From Paraspadella gotoi (lineage: Eukaryota; Animalia; Chaetognatha), in NCBI GenBank assembly GCA_051294375.1, contig CM119269.1:13867166-13931165 (forward strand): a stretch of 64,000 nt of DNA, in the 5' to 3' direction. The notes under the pieces are model-generated. The model was not told the origin of the DNA. It was given only the letters and a program-made list of their open reading frames with translations, and did no database searches. Position numbers and translations under genes: made by a program. This document shows positions 13,601 through 26,301 of this stretch, piece after piece (positions within the stretch are counted from its first letter, which is position 1; the number at the start of each line of letters is the position of its first letter).

Positions 13601-13858
13601 AAAAATGAGCGATTGGTAAGAATCAGGAACGAGGAACCTCTGATGACGTTTCGCAGGACCATAGCTTTCCCCCTACGAATCCGCCTCAGACGACACGACG
13701 CCCGGGCACAACGCTGTTGTTTCCAGCATGTGGAGCAAGTCGTGACAGCGGGTACCCTGTAGGTTGGAATATCAGTATTCCCCGCAGCGCCACCTGATCA
13801 ACCAAGATCGCCAGGCTCCCTAAGTTCTCAGGGATTACAGGTGATAACCAAACCCGCC
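13601..13858 (-). ncRNA. SRP/7SL-like (Alu-domain) structured RNA, likely Pol III
   Basis: The minus strand begins GGC-GGGU(UUGGUUAUC)ACC-UGUAAU-CCCUGAGAACUUAGGG-A-GCC, matching helix 2/3/4 plus the UGU(N)R motif of the SRP Alu domain, with complementary loops GUU/AAC. A long closing helix follows (GCGAU/AUCGC, UGGU/ACCA, GAUCAGG/CCUGAUU, GGGGAAU/GUUCCUC, CUGAU/AUCAG) and the sequence ends in UUUUU. It is a GC-rich island in AT-rich DNA. Confidence 0.65.
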
Positions 13859-14191
13859 TGATTAAAGACAGCGATAAGTGAATTAGTGATTCTAGTGAAT
13901 TTATTGATTCGGAATTAAAAATTAATATATCGATTGATTTTTTTAAGTATTTTTTTAAAGGTTTATGTTTTTCTTGATGTTACTTATATTTTATAATTTC
14001 ACTTTACCTTCTAATTTCATTAAGAACTCTGATTTATTTCAACTGAAACTGTTTGATTTTATTGTAAAGTGTAGTAAATTGGGTAAGGAAAGGTTTTTTT
14101 ATTTTAAATTAATTAATTCTAAAGAAAAGAAGAAACAAAAACGGAAACCACGAATCGGGGATTGAAATACGAAAACATTGACGGTCGTCAA

Positions 14192-14235
<44 letters not shown>

Positions 14236-15686
14236 TTTGAGAAATAGGAAGAGTCGAAAGTCGCAGTCAATTTGGTGGCGGAAAAAAAAGGGGAAGAAAA
14301 AAAAGGTGAGGACGATGAATCTTTGGTCGTGAAGTCGCGAGGTCGTGAGGTCGCCGGAGCTCGTGCGGCGATGAGAGGGTAAGTGAGCGTCGGTGAAAAG
14401 TAGGGAGAGAAAGAACGGCGAGGGTGAGGCAGAGATCAAAAAGGAAAGTTAGACTATGGGGGTCGAATGGTCAAATGCCTGGTTTTAGAGTATTAGAAAG
14501 TATAAGTAAATAAAGAAAGATTTTTTTTGTTGGTGAAATGAATAAAAAGTTCGATAAGCGTCACAATAACGTGAGCTCAAGATATGGAATTTAAAAAAAA
14601 CGCCAATCACCGGTGAAAGTTGATATCAAAAGTTCATATTTAATATGCAAAAAGCGGCGTTGACGTTGATGAGTTGAAGTCTGAATTAATTACATGAAAT
14701 CTACGTAATTGAAAAATTTCCACGCGAATATAACGCACATTTTTATTTTATTTTGTCTTCTTCGTCGTCTTAAAACAAAAAAACTGTCTTGTTTATTAGA
14801 AAAACTTTTTTAAAAAATATTAGAAAAATAACAAATAATGATTAAATTTAAAGAAACCCAAGAAAACGAAAATTTGGTTGAACTGAAGTCTGTACGGTCG
14901 AATGTCCGACGTCGAAGATCGAAAAAGGAAAGAATCGATCTCGTCTTTTGATCGAAGCGAGAAAAAGACAATGACCAGGAGGAGGAGGAGGAGGAGGAGG
15001 AGGAGAAGGGGGAGGAGGAGGAAAGGACGATGGAAGGGGGAGGAGAAGGGGTTGAAGACAAATAGAAAGGGAGGGAGAGATGAGGGACAATACAGAGTTG
15101 AGAGAGAGAGAGAGAGGGGGAGAGAGAGGTGGTTTCCATAAGCGGACATTTGAAGAAAGATAGAAAAAAAAATAAAGAAAGAGAGAAAGAAAGAAAGAAA
15201 GAAAAAAGAAAGAGAGAAAAACAGAAAAAAAAAGAAAACGATAGAAAAAAAGTGAGTCAAAGAAAACGCGCCGGAAGACAATAAAGAAAAAAAAGGATTG
15301 GTAGGCCGACTAAGACGACGACGACGACGACGACAACAACAACAATTTTCGGAAGTCCGTTGGGACACTTTTCACGGTTCATCGTTTATGATGAGAGGAA
15401 GAATTACGAAGTAGGTGTTGACAGCGACGACAAAAATGACCCAAACAACAACAACAACAACTGAAACAAAACCCAGGAGGAACTCAAACAATTTACGAGC
15501 AAAAANNNNNNNNNNNNNNNNNNNNNNNNNCTGTGAAAAGAAAAAAGAAAGAAAAGAAAGAAAAGAAAGAAAGAAAGAAAAGAAAAGAAAGAAAGAAAGA
15601 GAAGAAAGAAAGAAAGAAAGAAAGAAGGAAAGAAATACAAGATAGAGAACCAATCATCCATATCCGTTCATTCTGTGTGTGATAGG

Positions 15687-15794
<108 letters not shown>

Positions 15795-16195
15795 AAGAGA
15801 GAGAGACAATCTCACGTGACTCTCTACAAATTTGGTAGTCCATCGAGAAGCCATCGAAAAAAGCCTTTGATGAGCCGCAGGCGTGAATCGTGAATCGCTG
15901 TGGTCACCGCCGAGCAAATCCTCGTGAGACGAAGACGAAACGTGAGCCGTGAATTCTTTTTACATGAGGAGGTGTCACTGGTGTCCCTCGTGTCACAAGA
16001 TCGAGTTGTGCGCTGTGAAAATCGCAGTGAAATTGAACAGCAGATAAGAAAGTGATATGATATCCGACCCAAAACTCGTTGAGCAATAAATCGGTTGAAG
16101 TTGCGAAAATTGTGAAATTGTGAAATTGTGAATTGTGAAAATTGTGAAATTGTGAAATTGTGAAATTGTGAAACTCGTCGAGTCTGAGGTGATTT

Positions 16196-18557
16196 GAGAT
16201 ATGTTCATCTCCCAAATCCTCCGCCCCGCGGGGCGGCTCTAGGGGCGGCCCAGGGGGCAGACTATTCCAGGGGAGCAGCAAAATGGTCCATTGAGGGGGC
16301 GCCCCTCTGGATTGCCTCAGGGGGCCGCCCAGGGGGTTCCCCTGGGCCAACATTTTGGGTCTATAAGGGGCGCCCCTAATGCTTAGCCCCGGGGCCAAAA
16401 AAGTCTGCCCTGGGGTAACCCTTGGGGAGCAAAAACTGCTCCCCCAGGGGCGAGTTAAAGAGAGAGCAAAGTTTAGATGAGAAAATATACTTCTGACTAT
16501 GTTATTATATCTTGAGAATATTTCTCCCTGTCTGTTACTCTCTCTTTCTCTCTCCCTTTTTCTTTTTTTCTCTCTCTTTTTCTCTCTCTCTCTTTTTCTC
16601 ATCCACTCTTCTTTTTTTTTTCTCTCTCTCTTTTTTCTCTCTCTTATGATCTTTTTTTTCTCTCTCTCTTCAAGACTTGTTTTATGTAACTGAATTAAAT
16701 ATAAATATTTTTCAAATTATTGTTAACTCATTTATCCATATTTTATCTAAAAATTATAATATTTGTATTTTTTAACCAATTATTTATTTCAGTTAAAAGA
16801 TATAGAAACAAGTTTTAGGCAAACAATGTAGGACGTAGCCACAAAAATTTAGTGTAAAAAGCTAATCAGTCATTTGTCTTCTTTTTTTTGTTTTTTTTAT
16901 CTTTCTTTTTTAATTTTTTTTTCTTTCTTTTTGTTGGATGGACATACTGATAGACTGATAGAGAGACATAATTTCTAAAAAAATATTCATAATTTGATGT
17001 TTAAAAAGAAATTAAATAAATTACCAAACAAATAATGGGCAGTGACTGACAAGCCTACTTAGTGAATTATGGCGTCCCCCCAAAAAATAATAAAAACTAT
17101 TCATCAACATTAATCGAGTTCTACATCGTAAAATAAATTTTATTTTATTTAAGATTTGTAATTAATAATCGTCAGTTTGTAGATTGCTTAAGATGAACTC
17201 ACGTTGTTAAGTAGAGGCTGATAATTTGAGAGAGAGAGTGAGCAAAACTTTATATCTAGCTCAATCACATACTTTTTTACCACATACAAAATTTTATTCC
17301 AATCCATCTATTTAATCACGAATAATTTGGAGTTTATGCTAATATGGGATGGACTTAAAGACTGATATTAATTAATTAATCAATTAAATATTTTTAATTA
17401 ATTATTTTTTATAAGTTTATAAGAGAATAAGTCAACAAAACTGTTTTTCCTAAGTGAATTAAAAATTAAAACCATCCTACTCTTTATTCTATAAAATTAT
17501 TAAGATAAAATTTTGTGTGTTGGTAGAAAAATGAAAGTGAGTTTTAATGGACAAACAAAAGTTACTTTTACTTAAACTTTATTAAAAAAATTTTTGAACT
17601 CTTTTTTTCTCTTCTTTTTTTATTTCTATCGGATAAAATTGTTAATTAGCTAATTGTTAAGTTGATTGTTGACCAAATTAATTAATTTGACCAAATTATC
17701 AAGTTGTCCAAATTATCTAAGTTGACCAAATTATGCAAGTTGACCAAATTATGACTGTTGACTAAATTAAGCAAATAACCAATTTATACTAGTTGACCAA
17801 TTTATGCCAATTGACAAATCTATGAAATTGACCAAATTATGCAAGTTGACCAAATTATGCGAGTTGATTTAATTATGCAAATTGATTAAATTATGAAAGT
17901 TTTACCAATATGAAATTTTACCAAATATGAAAGTTTACAAATTATTAAAGTTTACCAAATTATAAAAGTTTTAGCCAATTATGAAGTTAACCAAATTAAG
18001 CAAGTTAACTAAATAAAAAAAAAATTACCAAATTTGAAAGTTTAACCAATTATAAAAGTTTACAAAATTTTAAAAAGTTGATTAAATATATCAGTTGACC
18101 AATTTATGTCAGTTGACCAATTATGTCAATTGACTAAATTATGCAAGGTGACCAAATTATGCAAGTTGGTATTGGTGCAGCTATTGGTTCATTGATTGAT
18201 TAATTGAAGTAAAAAATATTATTTATTTTATATTTTATTGTAATGAAAGATGAAAATAGAAAATAGAGAAAGAGAGAGAGAGGGAGAGAGAAAGAGAGAG
18301 TAGAGGGAGAGAGAGAGAGGAGGAGAGGAGCCATTCCAGGGGCAGGAAAATTCTCCCTGGGGGTAGCCCCAGGGGGCAAGGGTTTTTCTAGCGGCCAGGG
18401 GATTCCCCTGGGTGGCCCTTGGGGCTCCAAAAAAGAGGCTACAGGGGGCCGCCCTAAGCGGTAAGGATTTGCTTGCCCCTCGGGCCGCCCCGCGGAGACC
18501 CCGCGGGCCGCCCCCGCACCGCCCCGGAGGGAAGCGATTCTGGAAGGATGACATCTT
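16196..18557. mobile_element. Non-autonomous long-TIR (foldback/MULE- or hAT-like) DNA element, ~2.36 kb
   Basis: Flanked by the target duplication GGTGATTT (16188-16195 and 18558-18565); the empty site has one copy at 23342-23349. Imperfect GC-rich terminal inverted arms of ~250 bp (GAGAT.TG.TCATC... / ...GATGACATCTT) continue into CT/GA tracts. The interior is AT-rich and non-coding. Confidence 0.75.
17660..18170. repeat. ~18-bp minisatellite (AAGTTGACCAAATTATGC) inside the TIR element
   Basis: Many degenerate tandem copies are directly visible. Confidence 0.9.
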
Positions 18558-21500
18558 GGTGATTTTGAAAAATCGAGGATCGAAATGAATCGATTCCAAA
18601 AAAAGACGAAGACGAATCGAGAATGAGATTCGTTGATTTCGGACCGTGACGTCATTCTTTTCGTCTCGTCGTCGTCGTCGTCGTCGTCGGTCGTCGGGAT
18701 CTTTCACTCGCAGCTTGTCCACGTTCTCATCGTCGTGATCTTTGTCGTCGTCGTCGTCGTCGTGTCGTCATCGGCCATTGATCGCGACACGTTCCAATTA
18801 TCTCGAGATTCGAAATCGAAGAAAAAAAACAACAAAGGAATAAACAATCGGAGAGGAAAATAAACAAACGGGATTCATCGGTTAATATGATTGTTATTTA
18901 ATAGATGTGATTGATGATGATTTTGGTAAATGGATTATAATTCATGCGGCTACTTTAATCATTGTTTTTTGTTTATTTTTTATAAATACTTAGTAAGTTC
19001 CCTGTTTTCATCTGGTCATTTTTCCTAATTTTTTTTGCCGTTCACTTTTGGGTGTGTGGTCGACTGTATTCATCGTGGTAACTCTAGTCAGCCATTGTAA
19101 AAGCCAAGTTTAGTACTTTCGTTCATTTTTCTGTCCTCTATCTTCACTTTGTCAGCCTTCGGTCTGGAATGCAGGCGACCTCTCGCCAAATCCAAAATTC
19201 GCGACTCTAGTCACTTGGAATTTGAGCCCCAAACTAGTTGCCTCTGGTCGGCGGAGGTGGAGAGACGAGAGAGAGAGAGAAGAAGAGAGAGAGAGGAGAG
19301 AGAGAGAGAGAGGAGAGAGGAAGGAGAGAGAGAGAGAGAGATGACCCCTCGGATGGAACGGATTCCAAGACGAGGTTAATTCCTTATCAATACCCATTGT
19401 TTTTTTTTTCCCTAAATTCGAGAAAATTTTTTTTTCGTTGGGTTTGGCGCGACGGTGAAGGTGGGTAAGTGGGATGGTGGTTGGGGAGGTGATAGTTTTT
19501 TTGGGGGTGAACGGAGTTAGGTGAGGGAAGGTAAGGCGGAAAGTATGAAAGGTAAGGGGCGTGTAAAAAAAAGGCGGGAGAAGATTAATCGCTTGGGGAA
19601 GGAAATTGCGGAGTTTAAATTAGTTGGGACAAGGTCGCTTGAATATAAACTAAACAGTAATAATTTACTAATTAAACATTTTGTGCCGAATTAAACAATT
19701 TAAGTTGCTAAGACCGAACGGGTACAGACGGACGGAAGGAACGCGCACGGGGATGGGACTAGAGGGCAAGGGAGTAAATGAGGAAGGGGAGTAGAGGTGA
19801 TGAAAAGGGGGAACGTGGGGGAAATGGAGAGGTTGAGTTGGGGGAGAGGGAGTGTGAGGGAGAATGGAGGGAGCGGGAAATGGAAAGAGAAAAGGCAGGG
19901 GGGGCGGAGGAAGAAAAAGGGGGAATAAGTGGGGAGAGTGGGGTGGTGGAGGAAGCGCCCGGGGGGAGAAGTCGCTGAAAGTGGGGGCGCCGCGGCGGTT
20001 GGGGAGGGCGTGCAGCGTTCCTGGCCGGACGGGGGCGGGGGGCGGCTTCGCCCCCCGCCCGGCGTGGCCCTTGGCTCCCCCGCCACCCCCGCACCGCCCC
20101 CCCCCCCCTCTGCGTCGCCCCCCGCCGGCCCCCTGGCGTAGCACCCCCCGCGCGCCCCCCCCCCCCCCCCATCCTGCCCCGCCCGGAGGAGAAGAGATGA
20201 GGCCGCCCCGCCCCGAGGGCCGCCTCCCCCCCCCCCCCCTCCCCCCCCCGACGGGTCATCGCCGCCCCCCCGCCCGCCCCCCCCCCCCCCCCCCCACCCC
20301 TCATGATCCCGAACCTCAGGCCCCCGCCCCCCCTCCCTCTCCCGTGCCGTCCCGAGCTCGCCCCCCACCCCCCACCTCCGCCCCCCCCCCCCCCCCCCCC
20401 CCGACCCGCCCCCCCCCCCCCCCCGCACACACCCCCCCCCCCCCCCCCCCCCCTCCCCCAACCACCCCAAACCCACCCCCCCCCGCCCCCCCCCCCCCCC
20501 CCCCCCCCCCGCCCCCCCGCGCCCACCCCCCCCCCCCCCCGCCCCTCAACAACACAACCGGCCCCCAGCTACAAACAAGCGAATAATAGAATTGAATGAA
20601 AGAAGGCAATTTGAAAACACCACCCACCCACCCCCCCCGCCCGGCGGCGTGTGTGTAGGGTAGGGGAGGTATGGGCCGGAAATGTGGGACCGGGGTGCCA
20701 CTTGAGGAACTGGGGGTGGGGTGGCCTCTTGGTCTGAAGAGCAAGGGGAATTAGTTACGGGGAGTAGGTTGGAGTATAAAACGCGTGTGTGGATTGTTGG
20801 TGGGTTTGTGAACTAAGGGTAGGCTGTGGTAACGACACTTCCCGCGATGGAGAAAATGGGTGCGCCCACACCCCCCCCCGGGCCCCGCCACCGCACCTTC
20901 GGGCTGTGCGGCCCCGGCTGCGAAACCACCCACCGACCCTCGCCCGGGGCCGCCGCATGAGCCACCCGGCGGCCCTCCTCCGCCCCCTCCCGCGCCCCGC
21001 TGCCCGGCCCCGCCCGCCCGCTCGACCAGGCCGCTCACCCCCCCCCCCCCACCCCCGCCACCGCCCCCGCCGAACCACAGCGAACGACACGGATGGCCGC
21101 TAACCAACACAGCCGACAACGGACACGACTTCCACAAGACACCGCACGTGTAACGCACACACCGACCTGCACCACGCACCCACTCACAGCCTGCCGCACC
21201 GGTCAGCGACTCCACCGGGCGCGACCGCCACACACGCTCCCCCCCCGGCTCTCGCGCGGCGCACCGCCACCCCGCCCGACGCCGCACACACGCGACTTCT
21301 TCGCGCCTCGGTGCTCTCCTATCTTCTCCTTTCTTTCGGAACGGCGAGGTTCCTTTCTCTTCTTTTCTCGCACACCTCGGAAAAATCTTTGTTTTATGTC
21401 CCCCGCACTTCTCTATCTCTCTTTATCATCGACTCTGTTCTCTTTGTCACCTGACTCACTCCTCTCGCTTGCTTCGTCGTCGGACGTTGTTTGTTGTTGG

Positions 21501-21636
21501 CGGAGGAAACTTGTTTACGAATTGGCGCAAAAATCTTATTGCACAAGTTACTGAATGATACAGGGGTTTTAGTTCTTTTAGATCCGTTTTTTGTCTGAGC
21601 GAGAGAGATTAGAGAGAGAGAGAGAGAGGAGAGATA

Positions 21637-21674
<38 letters not shown>

Positions 21675-23447
21675 GAGTAAGAGAGAGCAGAGGATCGCGC
21701 CTGGTACAATTAAGCAATGTGAAGTCTATCGAGAGAATTTAAAATATGTCAGATTTGAGTTAAAGAATTCGCCTGAAACACAGAACTAAGAGAGGCATAG
21801 GGTGCTTGCCATCTGGGCGTGAGAGCAAGAGAGAGAGATGAGAGAGAGAGGAGAGAGGAGATGAGGAGAGAGAGAGAGAGATGAGAGAGAGAAGAGATGA
21901 GAGAGAGAGAGAAGAGAAAGAAAAATTTTCTGGAATCTCTCAAACTGTTAATCTGTTTTGTTTCAAAAAATCTTCCTTACATTTTTTCGCGTCAGTTATA
22001 AATACTGCCCTTTGTTTCACGCTGAGTATTATTAAGAACGCTTTTTATCGTTCTACATAGAATCCTTTGCATAGAATCTTCTAGGATGTGACCCTGTAAA
22101 AACTAAATCTTTATACTCTGGAGATCGCGGAGCTAAACTTCTAGCTGTTGAAATATACTACGGCGCAGTCTTATAAAAAGGTAAAAATTAATTAATGTGA
22201 CAATTGATTTGATTTTCGGAGCATTTGATGAGTTTATCATCGTATTAAAAAAGGCGAGGTAGAGGATCTTCTATTTTATGCTTTCTCATACAAAGGGGCG
22301 GGTGGGGCGGGGGGGGACACGCGAGGTCATACTTTATGCTTCGCCTCCAACGACGAATTCCGACCGCCACCGCCGTTCCACGATTCACCGATCTCACGCG
22401 CAGCAATCAAGCTGCGTCACATTTCTCACAACACACGTGATCAATTTTTTACAATTCCGCGTCTTCACTTTGACATGCAACGGACTCGTCCCATGTTGAC
22501 TCATCTCTCTCTCTCCTCTCTCTCTCTCTCTCCTCCTCGTCTCTTTCCCTCTCTCTCTCTCTCTCTGCTCTCTCTCTATTTTTGTTAATTGTCAGGGTCC
22601 GGTATGTTACGAGTTCTTCCTTTCCTAGCTCTCGGTTGCGACGCTCTCACCTTCGGGGAATTCACTCACATCGTACTCACTCCACCCGGAACTCGACTCA
22701 CTTCTCACTCCTTCAAATTTTTTTTTTTCGTCGCTGTGAGCCGTAGCGGGCGAAAAAAATATCAATAAAATTAACAGACACGTCCACTTTTTGATAAGAA
22801 GTCGTAAAACCACACACCCACCACACACTCACCCCACACACTCCATCAACCTTGTGTAGTGCTACCTAGAGTTTCTGTCTATTTCCAGAAAGACACGCTT
22901 AAGCTGACTCTGCTCTTCAAATATTCACAGAATATGATAAGCGGGTAATTTTATATTTAAAAAGTTGATTATCAAATATTGAGAGAGAGACAATCTCACG
23001 TGACTCTCTACAAATTTGGTAGTCCATCGAGAAGCCATCGAAAAAAGCCTTTGATGAGCCGCAGGCGTGAATCGTGAATCGCTGTGGTCACCGCCGAGCA
23101 AACTCCTCGTGAGACGAAGACGAAACCGTGAGCCGTGAATTCTTTTTACATGAGGAGGTGTCACTGGTGTCCCTCGTGTCACAAGATCAGAGTTGTGCGC
23201 TGTGAAAATCGCAGTGAAATGTGAACAGCAGATAACGATAACGAAAGTGATATGAGGTCCGACCCAAAACTCGTTGAGCAATAATCGGTTGAAGTTGCGA
23301 AAATTGTGAAATTGTGAAATTGTGAAACTCGTCGAGTCTGAGGTGATTTTGAAAAATCGAGGATCGAAATGAATCGATTCCAAAAAAAGACGAAGACGAA
23401 ATCGAGAATTGAGATTCGTTGATTTCGGGACCGTGACGTCATTCTTT

Positions 23448-23501
<54 letters not shown>

Positions 23502-23835
23502 GGATCTTCACTCGCAGCCTTGTCCACGTTCTCATCGTCGTGATCTTTGTTAGGGTTATCGTCGGGGTCGTCGTCGTCGTCGACGCAATCTTCACTAGCA
23601 GCCTAGTCCATGTTATCATTGTAGTGATCTTTGTCATCGTTGTTGTCTTTGTCATCATCATCCTCGTCGGGATCTTCATGAGCAGCCTTGTCCATGTTAT
23701 CATCTTAGTGATCTTTGACGTTGTCGTCATCTTCGTCATCGTCGTTGTCGTCGTCGTCGGGATCTTCACTCGTAGCCTTGTCCACGTTCTCATCGTCGTG
23801 ATCTTTGTCGTCGTCGTCGTCGTCGTCGTCGTCAT
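23448..23835. repeat. Compound (GTC)n-based minisatellite, 4 units of ~84-90 bp
   Basis: Core GATCTTCACTCGCAGCCTTGTCCACGTTCTCATCGTCGTGATCTTTG at ~23502, ~23588, ~23671 and ~23761, separated by GTC/ATC triplet runs. Confidence 0.85.
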
Positions 23836-24356
23836 CGGCCATTGATCGCGACACGTTCCAATTATCTCGAAATTCGGAAATCGAAGAAAAAAACAACAAA
23901 GGAATTAAACAATCGGAGAGAGAAAAATAAACAAACGAGGATATTCATCGGTTAATATTTTTTGATTGATTATTTAATAGATTGATTGATTGATTGATTT
24001 ATGGTAAATGGGATTATAATTCATGCGGCTACTTTAATCATTGTTTTTGTTTATTTTTTATAAATACTTAGGTAAGTTTCCCTTTTTCATCCTGGTCAAT
24101 TTTTCCTAATTTTTTTTGCCTCAGTTTTGTCACTTTTGGTTGTCCTGTGTCGATCTGTATTTCATCGTGTAACTCTAGTCAGCCATTAAAAGCCAAGTTT
24201 AATACTTTCCTTTCATTTTTCTGTCATCTATCTTTCACTTTGTCAGCCTTCGTCTCGGAAATGCCACGGCGAGCTCTTCGCACAATCCAAAATCTCGCGA
24301 CTCTAGTCACTTGGAATTTGACCCCAAATAGTTGCCCTCTGGTCGCGGAGGGAGAG

Positions 24357-24442
<86 letters not shown>

Positions 24443-24969
24443 GAATGACCCCTCGGATGGAACGGATTCCAAGACGAGGTTAATTCCTGTATCAATACCA
24501 GATATTTTTTTTCCCTAAATTCGAGAAACTTTTTTTTTCGGTTGGGTTTTGGCGGCGATGGTGAAGTGGCGGGCATAGCAGTGGGAGATGTGGCTTGGGG
24601 AGTGATAGTTTATTGGGAGGTGAACGGAAGTTAGGGGTGAGGGAAAGGTAAGGCGGAAAGTATGAAAGGTAAGGGGCGTGTAAGAAAAAAGGCGGGGAGA
24701 AGATTAATCGCTTGGGGAGAGAAATTGCGATTTAAATTAGTTGGGACCAAGGTCGCTTCAATATAAACTAAACAGTAATAAATTTACTAATTAAACAATT
24801 TTGTCCGAATTAAACAAATTTAAGTTGCTAAGACCGAACGGGTACAGACGGACGGAAGGAAGGAAGGAACGACCGGCGGCCGCAAAAAGGACAACGGAAG
24901 ATTCCCGACCGAGTGTACGACCCGACCGAACGATACGTGCGAGGTCAGGACTCACGGGGCGACGCAAAG

Positions 24970-24998
24970 TGGCTTCGCTGGGGATCGAACCCGCGACC
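24970..24998 (-). other. tRNA 3'-end-like fragment (T arm + acceptor strand + CCA)
   Basis: Minus strand reads GGTCGCGGGTTCGATCCCCAGCGAAGCCA. No D arm or anticodon arm lies upstream, so it is not a full tRNA gene. Confidence 0.35.
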
Positions 24999-25633
24999 CG
25001 CCCGCCCAAACGGATTTTCGCGCCTCGGTGTTTATCTTTTTTTCTTTGGAAGGGGGGCGAGGTCTTTTCTTTTCCTTCGCAATCGGAAATTTTGTTTTAT
25101 GTCCGATTTTATTCTCTTTTTATATCGATTGTTTCTTTGTATGACTCATTTTTGTTGTTGTCGTCGACGTTGTTGTTGTTGGGCGGAGGAAACTTGTTTA
25201 CGATATTGGCCACACAATTCTTATTGCACCAAGTTACGAAATGATACCAGGGGTTTTAGTTCCTTTTAGATCCTTTTTTGGTCTGAGAGAGAGAGATTGA
25301 GNNNNNNNNNNNNNNNNNNNNNNNNNNNNNNNNNNNNNNNNNNNNNNNNNNNNNNNNNNNNNNNNNNNNNNNNNNNNNNNNNNNNNNNNNNNNNNNNNNN
25401 NNNNNNNNNNNNNNNNNNNNNNNNNNNNNNNNNNNNNNNNNNNNNNNNNNNNNNNNNNNNNNNNNNNNNNNNNNNNNNNNNNNNNNNNNNNNNNNNNNNN
25501 NNNNNNNNNNNNNNNNNNNNNNNNNNNNNNNNNNNNNNNNNNNNNNNNNNNNNNNNNNNNNNNNNNNNNNNNNNNNNNNNNNNNNNNNNNNNNNNNNNNN
25601 NNNNNNNNNNNNNNNNNNNNNNNNNNNNNNNNN

Positions 25634-25668
<35 letters not shown>

Positions 25669-26169
25669 AAATTTCTGGAATCTCTCAAAACTGTTAAATC
25701 TGTTTTGTTTCAAAAAATCTTCTTCATTTTTTCGCGTCCAGTTATAAATAGCTGCTTTTGTTTCACGCTGAGTATTATTAAGAACCTTTTTATCGTTCTA
25801 TCATAGAATTTTGTAGAATTCTGGATGTTGACTGTAAAACTAATTTTATACTCTGAGATCGTAAACTCTACATTTGATATACTAGGTCTTTAGAAAAGTA
25901 AAAATTAAATTACATGTGAAATTGATTTGATTTGGCATTTTATGTTTATCTCGTATTAAAAAAGGGAGGATAGAGGATTATCTATTTCTTTCCATACAAA
26001 CGGAGGTTCCATTTATCTTCGCCTCCACGAGCGATTCCACGAGTCCGTTCAAGGATTCACGGATTCACGGAAGAATCAAGCTGCGTCACATTTTCTCACA
26101 ACACACGTGATCAATTTTTTACACATTCGCGTCTTCCCCTTTGAACATCACGGATTCGGTCCAGTTGAC

Positions 26170-26301
<132 letters not shown>

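Noticed and set aside
13640-13780. Hammerhead or HDV-like ribozyme (CTGATGA on plus; CGAAACGTC and TTCCTCGT on minus)
   Set aside because: The core motifs are on opposite strands or lack their partners: no CUGANGA..GAAA pair on one strand and no P1.1 GG.
19745-21290. Long Pro-rich and Gly-rich ORFs (formin/extensin-like)
   Set aside because: This is a poly-G/poly-C tract that replaces ~150 bp of normal sequence in the duplicate (~24860-25010). Several frames are open at once, so it is most likely low-quality read sequence.
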